From contig JASJQH010006961.1 of assembly GCA_040143965.1 (NCBI GenBank), forward strand, positions 1 to 32,133: a stretch of DNA of 32,133 nucleotides, written 5' to 3'. The notes beneath the pieces were generated by a model. The model had not been told where the DNA came from and did not search any database. It saw nothing but the letters and a program-made list of their open reading frames with translations. Below, one piece after another: positions 1 through 11,390 of the stretch (positions within the stretch are counted from its first letter, which is position 1; the number at the start of each line of letters is the position of its first letter). The DNA is from Basidiobolus ranarum (lineage: Eukaryota). A program made the translations under genes and the position numbers.

Positions 1-54
1 ATAAATTTGAGAAGTAGACATTACAGAGAGTGCAAGCTTGGGGCTCATAACCTG

Positions 55-398
55 TTGAAGTATTTGGGAGCCTGTTGGAAGTGGTTTGGAGAATTAGAGG
101 AATTGGCAGTTGTCACTTATTAATTTATTGAGTAGAAAGTTGATGTTTATAGTTTTGTCAAGATGTAAACAAACTAACATGTATAATGTGTTAAAGAAGT
201 TCCAGGAGCATGTGTGCCAAGTTTGGGGCTTCTACCACAAGTTTGAAAAATCTATGTATCTGAGAACTTCAAAGTTGGTAAAAGTATTCTAAGTAAATTC
301 TGATTGAGAATAATGGATAATATCTTAGCAAGTTATGTGATAACTAGGCACTAAGCTATATATGACTATATAGGTGTTTAGGCAAAGCTAATTTCAAC
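55..398 (+). repeat. Dispersed ~340-bp repeat, copy A (probable non-autonomous TE/MITE-like relic)
   Basis: Shares blocks such as TTTTGTCAAGAT, GTGC(C/A)AAGTTTGGGGCTTCTA, TCTGAGAACTTC and CTAAGCTATATATGACTATATAGGTGTTTAGGCAA with 646-870 (direct) and with 961-1305, ~6225-6510 and 31868-32133 (inverted). Confidence 0.9.
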
Positions 399-645
399 AT
401 ATATCAGAAACAGAAAGTAACTTATCTATAGCCCCTATATTTTATATAGGAATATCTCTATATCTATATAGCAAATTTGTCTTATTACCCCCACTTATTG
501 TTTATATCTTCTTACACAAACTCCTGAATATCTCAAACAATTGATTTACTTTTCTACTATAGAAGTCACTATATACTCTTAATAAACAGGTAACTAAAAC
601 ACACTATCATAAGATACTTCTAATACCCAAAGTCTACCCCCATTA

Positions 646-870
646 TGTCAAGATCCTCCAACACAAACTAATGTGTAGAATTTGTTAAGGAAGGTCCCAG
701 GAACATATGTGCAAAGTTTGGGGCTTCTAGCATGAGTTATCAAAATCTATAGATCTGAGAACTTCTAAGTAATTTCCTTATGACCATAATGGCTACTATC
801 TTAGCTCAATTTAAGATGAGTACTAAGCTATATATGACTATATAGGTGTTTAGGCAATGCTAATTTCAAT
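646..870 (+). repeat. Dispersed repeat, copy B (5'-truncated, direct to copy A)
   Basis: TGTCAAGAT...GTGCAAAGTTTGGGGCTTCTAG...TCTGAGAACTTC...CTAAGCTATATATGACTATATAGGTGTTTAGGCAATGCTAATTTCAA matches copy A. Confidence 0.9.
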
Positions 871-960
871 TACCATTAGCTAGACTGGAATTTGAGAAAT
901 TGAGACCTTTGTTCTGATTAGTCTATATGACTATTTAGTTGAGGGAGAGTGTTGAAATTA

Positions 961-1305
961 TTGAAATTAGAAGTGCCTAAGCACCTGCATAGTCATATAT
1001 AGCTTAGCATTTGGTTATTCCATATTTCACTAAGATATCACTCACTATTGTTAGGTGGAATTTACTTGGAATATTCTTACCAATTTAGAAATTCTCAGAA
1101 ATATAAATTTTGAGAACTTGTGCTAGAAGCCTCAAACTTTGTGCACATGTTCTTGGGGCTTTCCATAACACAGTGTATACATTTGCTTAGTTAAATCTTG
1201 ACAAAACTGTGAATGTCAACTTTTTACTCAATATATCAATTGGTGAAAACCGCCAATGCTTCAAGCTTTCCAAACCACTTCCAACAAACTCTCAAAATTC
1301 TTCAA
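961..1305 (-). repeat. Dispersed repeat, copy C (inverted relative to A; foldback arm)
   Basis: Its reverse complement aligns along the whole of 55-398, e.g. CCAAACCACTTCCAACA versus TGTTGGAAGTGGTTTGG, and TAGTCATATATAGCTTAG. Confidence 0.9.
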
Positions 1306-2391
1306 TACTATGATCCAAAGGATGAAAAATTTACAAGTGTTCGCCTAGTAAGTATTTGATAAAAATAACTCTTGGGTGGTGTATCCATAGCAACCCTGTG
1401 ATTTGCTTTATTCTGCACTCTTGACTTCATGAATGGTTTTGACAACCTCAATGGCAAACATAATCTTCCACTTCAATCCCATCTTGACAAAATTGCTTAG
1501 TGAACCAGCCCCACCCAGACTGCCTCACTTAATTCAACCATCCAGGCAACAAATATCTGTGCATGGTTACTTGAGCGATTGATAATTCTTTAGTAACATA
1601 GGTAAAACATTCTCACCTGTGCAGATAATATACTGCGATTCTTTTTTTTTGAAATACAATGCTTTTGGTTAACCGCCCCTGATCTGTGAAACGTGGAAGC
1701 AGGTTTGATTAAGAATTGTAAGATTTGCAACCTTATACATTGTACAACGTGAAGATTTATTTCATTTGCGAGTGCTTGACAACGCAGTTTATCTCAGAAA
1801 CAGAGTTAAACCACAGTATACAGTCATAGGTGTAGTATGGCGTAAAACACCGCATCAGATTTAACATCCAAGTTATGACATATGGGTGGAGCAAAATAGA
1901 AAGCATACACCATGCCTAGAAGAGTGCCAGTTGCGGTAGAATCCTACTACTATTAGAACAGATAAGTATCAAGGGGTTATGTACTCTCAATGGGTCCAAA
2001 TTAGGCATTCGAACAGGATACAGGGATTAATAAATCTACGTGGCACAGAAAACCCTTTTATAACAGTAAATAATGCAGTAACTCGACAAGTCCCAGGTGC
2101 TGATAGCTTAGAATATCAGTAATCGTAGTACTGTACTGAGCTGAGCGACATTCTATGCTTACCAGCTGCACAATACCGAATTCTTTTCTTTTGATTGCGT
2201 ATCAGTGCGAGAGTTATTGTGTTTTTATTTCTATACGCAGTAAATTCAGGGGAGTCGAACAAGATAGATCACTCCAGTTAACGTGAGAGTGTAGTACTCG
2301 GTATGCTCACTAATTCTATACATGTAATACAAGCTTTATTGGCTGTCAACCTTGTTCATGAGTGGGCTTTAGAGCTGAGGGTTTCAGAATG

Positions 2392-2399
2392 TATAAAAG
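2392..2399 (+). promoter_or_regulatory. TATA box of the CAP gene
   Basis: TATAAAAG lies ~65 bp upstream of the ATG at 2459. Confidence 0.55.
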
Positions 2400-2458
2400 C
2401 AGTTTATGTAAAACTCAACAAGGACACAAAACGTTCCCTATCCAACCCATTGAGAGAA

Positions 2459-2974
2459 ATGAAGAGCTGGACTATCCTTATTTGCTTAACCTTCTTGCTC
2501 CTCCAAGTGATACTGGGTATCGCTGGTCAGGATGTCAACTATGTGCAGTGCGCTAGTAGACCTCAGCAGAAAGTGAAACCCTCTCCTGTAAAAGTGGTAT
2601 CCGGCAATGGTGACCTTCAAAAAATGCTCGCATTAGTTAATCAACAACGTCAACAATATGGCATTAAACCACTCAAACTCAACAACCGCTTGGTGCGGGC
2701 TGCCCAGAAGCATACCGACTATCAAGCACGTGTGAACCAAATGACTCATGATGAACCTGGAAGACCTTTGGGTACCCGTATTTCCGAAACTGGATTTGAT
2801 TGGAGAGCTATGGGGGAAAATGTCGCCAGGGGCTATTCTAGCATCGAGATTGTCATGCAAGGTTGGATGAACTCTGCTGGACATCGACGCAACATTCTTG
2901 ATCCACAGTTTACCTCCTTTGGCTCTGGTTATGTTGCGAATGGCAACTACTGGACTCAAGTATTTGGCGCCTAA
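2459..2974 (+). CDS. Secreted CAP/SCP (PR-1-like) domain protein, YkwD-like subtype, intronless
   Basis: Signal peptide MKSWTILICLTFLLLQVILGIAG; CAP motifs LVNQQR, AAQKH, MTH, GENVA, WMNSAGHRRNIL and YWTQVFG. The ORF-track start (2303) lies upstream of the TATA box, so ATG 2459 is preferred. Confidence 0.92.
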   Translation: MKSWTILICLTFLLLQVILGIAGQDVNYVQCASRPQQKVKPSPVKVVSGNGDLQKMLALVNQQRQQYGIKPLKLNNRLVRAAQKHTDYQARVNQMTHDEPGRPLGTRISETGFDWRAMGENVARGYSSIEIVMQGWMNSAGHRRNILDPQFTSFGSGYVANGNYWTQVFGA

Positions 2975-3194
2975 ACCCAGTAATTGGTGGCTAAAATCAC
3001 GGTTCAAAGGATATTTTAAAAGGTTAATTGTAAAAGAACATCTAGTAATAAACTAAATGGATTCAAATAAATGAAAAATGGTCATAATACCTAGCATGTG
3101 GTATCGAGAGAGCTTTGCCATATAGTTCACAGAGAGAACAAATGCGATTGAGAAATAGGTTATAAGCTCATGTCAAGTGACAATCAAAACAACC

Positions 3195-3481
3195 ATCCAG
3201 CTATACAAGTCTAAGATGGTATGTATTGATGTGTTATCCATCTATACAAGTCTAAAATGGTGATTGCAAGTAGATTTGTTTATGGAACATACTTGACATT
3301 TATTATTATGTATTTGAAATATTAAGTTTCATAATTCTTGGATAATTCACTAACCACCCCATGATTGAAACAAACCTGGATTAGAGAATGATGGAAACAA
3401 ACCTGGACTAGAGAATACAGGAAGTAATTGTGACATAGAGAAAGTAGAACAGAGTAAGTAATTGTGAAATAGAGAAAGTAG
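3195..3481. repeat. Three short pairwise duplications (26-27 bp)
   Basis: 3195-3220 and 3236-3261; 3361-3387 and 3388-3414; 3422-3447 and 3456-3481. Each pair has 1-2 mismatches. Confidence 0.85.
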
Positions 3482-3662
3482 GAGTCAGTGCAATCTTAGA
3501 TCAGAAGGATTATAATGGATTTCTGGGACATAAGTAATAACATCAGATATATTGTCATTAGCAGACATATTATAAATTACAGATATGATGCGTTTTGAAG
3601 GCCACAGTATGTGAAAACTGAAAAGTACCCGTCAATAAAAATGAAATCAACCTCTAGATCGA

Positions 3663-3714
3663 GTAAATATTATGGGCAAATATCATGCGCAAATATGATG
3701 CGCAAATATTACGG
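3663..3714. repeat. 4 x 13-bp minisatellite (GCAAATATNATGC-like)
   Basis: gtaaatattatgg-gcaaatatcatgc-gcaaatatgatgc-gcaaatattacgg. Confidence 0.75.
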
Positions 3715-4322
3715 ATCAGTGGTATTTTTATAGGTCAATTAGATAAAACGCAAGACGAAAAACCCAAAATACACATCATTGAATAATGCTCGATTTTTAG
3801 CAATGTCATGTCAGCCGGTGATTCGCCCGCCGCAGTCACTGCGACTCCTCCGTTTTTGGCCTTTTCTTCAGCACGATCATGGCCAGCTGGTGATAACGAA
3901 TATACTTGCCGCATCCGGGATATTTAGTGGGGCAAACTCCATTTATGACCTTGGCGCTAATAGCACAGTAACGTCGGAAATTTGTGTACTTATCTATGTG
4001 GATAGCTTTTTTTTCCTTTTGTTCCACACATCTATATCTGCAATACGATAACACAAGCGCTCACGTGCTTTTCTTTGCAGTCTTCATCATTGCTTAATAA
4101 CCCTTTCTGAACCCTTTCTACTTTCACTATAATTGTCGAGTTTTATCAAGTATTCATATTCCTCACATAACCGTAGCATCTTTGTTCTGCATTTTAGACC
4201 AGTGCTATTCTTTTTTAATTTAGTATTCTCGTAGAGTTGCATCCACTAGTGTGCTTCTTTTATTCCTCCCTTAACCTACCGTATTACCAAGATATTCTTA
4301 TTCTATTTGACATCTACACATA

Positions 4323-5349
4323 ATGTATATCTATTTCGCTGAAAGCTTGAATGCCATCACGCTTGGCTATTGGGGCAAACGGTAAGTAGCAAATTTGACG
4401 TGTTAATGACTGTTGGTTAATCATTACTGGTTTTTTTTCCTGCTAAATAGGACCGCAACGTTGGATTGGTGTGAGGTAAGTTATATTGCCTTTTCTGTAG
4501 ATTAAGACGGTTACTGATATCATTCTACAGGAAAACTATGTTGTCTGCAAGTATATAGCCGAGTTTCACAATACTTTGACCAATGCCGTGTTTGGTACGG
4601 TTGCTAAATATTGACATCAGTTTGATTCACAATAGACTAACCTTTTTGTAGTGTTATTGGCTCTATACGGATTACATACTGTCAAAAAACTTAAAATGGA
4701 GACGCGATTTCTAACCAGCTTTGGAACCTTCATGATGGTTGGCATTGGATCCTGGTGCTTTCACATGACCTTGCTTTACGAGATGCAGCTTCTGGATGAG
4801 TTGCCAATGTTGTTTGCCACCTGTGTACTCATCTACTCTGTATTTGAAACTAAAGAAACCTCGATCTACGGATGGAAATTCCCAGTTCTCTTATTCGTTA
4901 TAGCCACGCTCATCTCTACCATCTATATTTTGGTCAAAAGTCCACTTTTCCATCAATTGAGTTATGGTTGTCTTACGGCCGTGCTGGTATTCCGTGCTTT
5001 ATACCTTTTCATTAGCTTACCCTCCGGCCCTGCTAAGAGATCTATGCAACGTCTTTTAATCACCAGTTGGGGCTCGTATGCGCTAGGATTCTTAGCCTGG
5101 AATATTGACAACGAGTTTTGTCCTCAGATCCGCGCAGCACGAGCCTACCTTGGTTCCCCATGGGACAGTCTACTGCAGTTACACGGCTGGTGGCATATTC
5201 TCACTGGACTTGGATCATATGTTTACATTGTATTTAGTCAATACATTCGACAGATTCAACTGGGTAAGAAGGACTTATACACTATTCACTGGACGATGGG
5301 TGTATTACCTACGGTTGCATTAGCAAACGGTAAGCCCAAACTTGTTTAA
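4323..5349 (+). CDS. Alkaline ceramidase (ACER3/YPC1/YDC1 family), 4 exons: 4323-4381, 4451-4475, 4531-4594, 4652-5349
   Basis: Spliced N-terminus GYWGKRTATLDWCEENY...AEFHNTLTN; motifs GSWCFHMTL, QLLDELPM and LHGWWHILTG (CREST His/Zn residues). The GT-AG introns keep the frame. Confidence 0.95.
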
Positions 5350-6224
5350 GGTCTTGCTGGCCAAGCATATTTGACTTGTCTTCTCAGATGCACGGCAATA
5401 GATTGAACCATTGCTTATTGTAAACTGTATCATAATTCTTTTTCAGCACCAGTTGCTGGGTTTATTGTTGCGTTGATATGAAATAAAAAGTGGGCCATTG
5501 ACTTCCTACACTATTCATTGAATAATATTATTTTGCTCCCAATGGATTCCATATCTAGAACTAACTTACATGAGCTAGAAACAGTCTTTTTTTCCAAAAT
5601 TGTATTTCGTTCTTAAGAATCTGGACATTCTTGGAATTGGCTGGCTAGAATGTCTAGATAGTAAGGAATTGAGTCAATCTTTATTACTTATATATGGGGT
5701 TTTTTGCATGCTACTGAACAAATTAGTTTCCCTTCTTGGGCAAGTAAGACAATGCTTCCATACATGTCCGAAGCACGTGGAATTTCTCGATTTGAACATC
5801 TTGCCATATCTCGAACTTTCACATCTTACGTAGTCCTGATTATGTCTAATATGTATAATATATAATATATACTTCCAAAGTCAGCTTAATTAAAATCAGA
5901 AACAATTGTTCATCTGAGGATCTGCTATAAGTATATAGAATGAATTGCCAGTATCGTTGACACATTGGTTACACTTGAATTGTGAGGTGTAAATATATGT
6001 TTGCTGAATATTTTCTACAATCAAACTTGTACCTACACCAATGTTAAGCACTTAAACAAATATGTTTAGCGTCTATTGACCAAACTTTTTCAAACTATAG
6101 CATCACTTGGATATATCTATATCTAAGCAACATTAAGAAATGTCAAAATCTTCAAAATAGTCCAAAGCTCCTCAGATTTCCCCCCTTCCTTAATACCCCA
6201 GAAAGCAACTCCATTGTTATTGTT

Positions 6225-6510
6225 GAAAATGATATAGCTTAAGCATATATATAGTCATATAGTTAGCTACCTAAATTTCACTATATTATTATTCAAAATC
6301 TTCATTAAGTTCTGAGATTATGGGATTTTCTCAAACTTGCCCAGGATACCCCAAACTTTGTATACCTGTTTCTGGGATCTTTCTGAACATATTCTACATG
6401 TTATTTTGCCTACCTCTTGAAACAGGTATAATTATCAACTTACACTCAACAAATCATGAAGTGAAAACCACTAATTCCTTTAGTTCTCCAAATTACTTCA
6501 ACAGCTATCT
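6225..6510 (-). repeat. Dispersed repeat, copy D (more diverged)
   Basis: ATATATAGTCATATAG...AGTTCTGAGA...CCCCAAACTTTGTATACCTGTTTCTGGGA...GTGAAAACCACTAATTCC is collinear with copies C and E. Confidence 0.7.
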
Positions 6511-7353
6511 AGTGATATTTCCAACATAGACTCCTATAGAAATTTCTATAAAATAGGAAGTGGAACTTTAAAATTCATGCTGATTATCCTCCATCTCCAA
6601 TTCTTCCTATACTTGAAATTTCATGAGCTACATGATAATATATATATAATCAAAATCAGAAGCAGAATCACTACATGTACTTGGTTAATTAGTGTTATGA
6701 TAAGTGGATTTTGGCTAAATTATATATATGTCCAAGGGGGATAAATTCACATCTTGCTGAGTTTTGAAGATTTTATCATCCAAGCACAGCAAGCTTCATG
6801 ACACACATTATGATTGAAGACAACAGTTTGGAAATACCAAGTATAGAAGCTAGTCACAAACTGTACAACATGCATCATCATCAAGAATGAATGGCATAAC
6901 TCTAAATATAGCCATTCAAAGTCGTATAAATAATCCCAAGATAAAATGCCGTAACCAAATAATCCAAAGATACACCTCAAGCTGGAGTAACATAAATGAC
7001 ATAGTTTCATCATTAAGCTCGGTAACACCAATTAGCCCCGCGATACAAATCCACGTATCAGGTGATGCGGTAGGGTAATTTAATACATGGGTACAATCAA
7101 CAACACGTTACAGAATGTTTCCTGATGGATAGTTGCGGATGGCTGTGTAATACTAGATGGTTTATTACTTTTCACGTTAGCATGGTTGCGTTAGTCTAAT
7201 ACATTCTAGGAGATATTTCAGGGGAATTAATGGTGGATTACTAGGGAATAGGTATTGTACAGCATGACTAGAGATAGGATTAAAGGTTGATTGGATGTTG
7301 ATTGAATGTCAATTGATGGTTTTTTGAATGCTGATGATATGAAGCTGGTTGGT

Positions 7354-8310
7354 TCATTTGTTGAAGTGGTGACGACTGAAGGAGATGAGATTGCATGCTT
7401 CGTTACTTGAAGGTGAAATGAATACATCCTGACTGGGTGGTTGTAACTTTGACGCATTATGTAAGAACGAACGTTCCGAGGGTGAGTATTGAGGTGTAGT
7501 GGGGGTAGAAGAAAGTGGACTACTCAGTAACATCGTGGCCTCAGCTGTCTCATATCCGGGGGAAGCTGAGCATTCATTCTCTAGGTTGGCTGAGTTGGAT
7601 GTTCGTTGTGGTGTTGGCCAGGGAAAATTCAGACCATCAAAAGGTGATGGTTTGGTCAAGAAATTAGAATGTTCCATGACGGTGTGTTGAGAAGGAATTA
7701 AATTGAGTCTCTTTGGTCGATTTGAAAGTAAGTGAGAACCTTCTTTTTGTATATCTCCACCATAACGGAGTGAATTAAAACTTGGAAGAGTTAACGCACC
7801 TCTATTGAGATATTTGTTATTAATGGAGTCGGTAGTATATCTATTCATCGAGAAGTTGGCTTTCTCGACGTTTTCCTCGAGAGTAAAGCTCTCTTCTTTG
7901 GTGAATGATATAGACGGTGTAGGGTCCTCGACATGGCTTCGTTTTCGTTTGGTACCTACTGTTGTGTGAAGGAAATCTCCATCTTCAGGTAAATCATTGT
8001 AACTTATACTGATGGTTTTGCTCTTTCGAAGTTCGACTATCTCTTCAAAAGACTTATCTTCCCAGCCGTTCTCGATTTTATACCTGGCGAAGGAGAGTCG
8101 CGTTTTGATTACTCTAAGATACTGGGATATTGGGTGAGTTTACCATGGTTGTATAGAATTGTATTGTTTTTTTATAGATAGGAATGTAAGTATTACCTGA
8201 GCTGCCGTGGCTCTACTTGGCAGGGCCTTTGCGTCCACATAGTTGAAAGAAATTGTGTGTTCAGAAGTTTGATACGTATCAGAGTTGGTAATATTTTTTA
8301 TGGAGAACAT
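7354..8310 (-). CDS. Whi5/Nrm1-like G1/S transcriptional repressor; exons 8310-8197 and 8121-7354
   Basis: ATG 8310 (MFSIKNITN...AAQ), GT-AG intron 8196-8122, then YLRVIKTRLSFARYKIENGWEDKSFEEI. This matches the Whi5-like GTB motif (LKTRLxxAxxKVxNGW). Also a KRKR NLS and many SP/TP sites. Confidence 0.85.
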
Positions 8311-8776
8311 AAGAGAAAAATAGTTGATTTGAAACAGGTGAGGCCTACAGCCCTCAAATAGCTGATTACCGGACTAGGGCCAGGATAAGAAAAACTCAAC
8401 TCATCATAAACATAAAATAGTCCAAGACAGGGGTAAAAGCAAACATATTATTGTATCATTAATTCGCGAAGTTTAAGGTTCTCTAAGGATTTGGATCTCA
8501 CAAATTTGCGGATTTCCAATCGATCGCCAGAACACTCGCCTGATCACTCCACCTTTTAATGCAAGCCCTGCCAGTAAGTCAATTTTCACTCCATCATGTG
8601 ACTATGTGTTCATTCGCTCTAAGGTTGTCAAGTGCTAATTCAAATTCACGTGCAAATAAATTTAGGATTAGGTAAAACAAGTCACGAGTAAACTAATATA
8701 ACATACAGAAAACACGATCTCCTTTAGTAACAACAATTGGGAATCTTATCATTGAAATAACTTGTCTTAACTACTA

Positions 8777-11390
8777 ATGCTGGAAGAAACCCAAGTCTTA
8801 GAGTCAAATACTCTGATTGAGGAAGAAGAGAGGTATCATGTAACTGAAATCCAGAAAAAAACCTCTCTTCTTGGTTCGGTTACGAGTTTACTGCAAGACG
8901 CTTATTTTCACTGGTCACAGGTAGACAAAGTAGAACCGAAAATGAACGGAAAGAATCTGCTTGAGAGCTAACTGGCATTTCTATTGATAGAGATTGTACC
9001 AGTCTGTGGTTCAGAAAAAAGACTCTATTGCGTATTATGAAAACATCCTCTCAAATGCCACCAGTTATGAACAATGGGCTTCGGCTGCCACGATCTTGGA
9101 TCAATTCACAGGTTTGAGTCATAGTCGCTACCTTATTTTCTAACTTGACTAAGTACTTGCCATTTAGGGAAAGAGAAGTGGAAGAATGAAGTAGCTTCTC
9201 CACATTACGATTATGAATTGGTACAAACCAAACTTGAGCAACTGAAGAGAGCAAGAAAGTCAGGAGATTTATCGATGATTATATTTCTGTTGAGAACAAG
9301 CCTTTCCAGAAGCATTGGAGATATTGGAAAGCCAATGGTATGCTGGCTCATTATCCGTTAGTAGGCCCATATTTACCTCATCTTCTCCTTTCTATAGTTG
9401 TATGGTTACACTCATATCGGGACCAAAAAACTCATTGATAACTACATCGATGAGGTAGTGAAGACATTAAACATGGTTTGCGATACGGAATGTGAGGACG
9501 TATCAACTAAGATCAAGTACGAATTCTTCACCAACACCCGACAATCGTTTGGTCGAACAGCATTGATGCTAAGTGGAGGCGCCTCATTCGGTAAGTCGGA
9601 TTAGTGTTGGTTAACTTTGGAGTTTGTTTAACACGCGTATCCAGGACTTAATCATGTTGGGGTTTTGAAGTGTTTATATGAGCACAAATTACTTCCAAGA
9701 ATCATTTCTGGCGCTTCTAGCGGTTCAATTATTGCTGCTATTATTTGCACTCACACGGAAGAAGAGTTTTTGAAAATGCTTAACCCTAGCGGGATCAATT
9801 TGGTAACTTCATCGCTTGTTGATACTTTGTAATTGTGTGACTCACGCCACTTTGTTGTCTAGAATACATTTGCAAGACCGGGCGATGATAATTCGTATTT
9901 CAAACGGTTCTCTCGTTTCCTGAAGCATGGTAAGTTCAAGAAAGACCCGCAACAGATTTCTAGCTCTGGTCATTGATAAAGCTCTCTCTACAGGGGTGCT
10001 ATTTGACGTAGATGTTCTAATTGAGATGTTGCGTGAAAATATTGGGGACTACACCTTTTTGGTTTGTCGCATTTTGTATTTTTACAGTGATCATGCCCTT
10101 ACCAAATACATCTTAGGAAGCTTACAATAGAACCCGTAGGATTCTGAATATTCCGGTCAGCTCTTCTACAGTTTTCGAGATGCCCAGACTGTTGAATTAC
10201 TTGACGGCTCCTGATGTGGTATTGCTCCACTTTATTATGAAGAGTTCGAAAGGAATATGAATATCTAACCTATTTTCTTGGTATAGATTATTTGGTCGGC
10301 TGTGTAAAGATTAACAAATACTACTTTGCACTATACATATCAGTGATTGACTTTTCTCAATCTAGAGCGGCCTCTTGTGCCGTACCTTGTATATATAAAT
10401 CCGCACCACTGCTCGCTAAAGACAAAGCCGGAAACACTGTGCCTTGGGCACCTACTGGTTTGAGCATCTCTATTATATCAATATCATTCATCACATGCTA
10501 AGGATCATTTTTGTAGGTCACAGATGTATCGATGGATCCGTAGAAAAGTGATTATTACTCCATTCAAATGCAACTCTTTCGTAGTGACTACTAACTTATC
10601 GACCTCTAGTGATTTGCCAATGAAGAGGCTTTCGGAACTATTCAATGTCAATCATTTTATTGTGTGTCAAGGTAAACCAATGCTAGAGCTAGGATATAGC
10701 CTTCAATCAAACCGTAGCTAACCATCGCGATCACAAGTCAATCCGCATGTAATCCCGTTCATGCATCGAAGCCTTACTCCCTCCCCAGCACGTCGCTTCG
10801 TCAACTGGGTCCTCAACCTTGCTTGTTCCGAAATTCAACACCGAATGAATCAGGTAAATCACAGAGAACCTCACCAACCCAAGTCAGTTATTGAAACACA
10901 TCACATCACAGCTTTACGAACTAGGAATCATGCGAAGCCTCTTCTATCGATTGGAAGCCATCATGTCTCAAAGATACTCGGGGGATATAACCATTGTTCC
11001 GGACATCAAATATGCGGAATTCATCAATGTTATCGAAAATCCCACTCCCCAAACGTTCTTGGATGCTATACTAAGGGGGGAAAGAGCCATCTGGCCAAGT
11101 ATCCTTTTTGAGAGGCTGTTCAATAGTCACCAATCCATGTATCCGTATTGAACCTTCACTTGATTCTTTGTTTAGAAATATCCATCATCAGAAATCACTG
11201 CCAGATTGAACTGTGCATTGATGAAATGATATACCAACTTCGCTTACAAATGCTTGAAGAAGGCTCAGCCAACTCAACTTCCACGGATTGTCTAGCGTTA
11301 GAGACCAGAAAAACTCGCTCTTCTCTTCCCAGTTCCACCTATCGCTCCTGTACGGACTTCAAAACTGGATATGGAATGACGCATTCTTAA
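8777..11390 (+). CDS. Patatin-like triacylglycerol lipase (TGL4/TGL5/SDP1 family), ~15 exons
   Basis: Spliced motifs RQSFGRTALMLSGGASFG, LLPRIISGASSGS (GxSxG), [37 protein letters not shown] and [31 protein letters not shown]. Confidence 0.95.

Noticed and set aside
110..292. 60-aa ORF (and the 6320-6529 ORF)
   Set aside because: Non-ATG or chance ORFs inside repeat copies; the frame is not preserved among copies.
3195..3481. CRISPR-like repeat-spacer pattern
   Set aside because: Only pairs of three unrelated sequences, no cas genes, and a eukaryotic context.
6747..7078. Short opposing ORFs (94 and 63 aa)
   Set aside because: No recognisable domain or splice support; CpG-poor intergenic or relic DNA.
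7227..7457. Alternative 3' frame for the Whi5-like gene
   Set aside because: No convincing intron is needed; the main ORF ends naturally at 7354 after a plausible motif.
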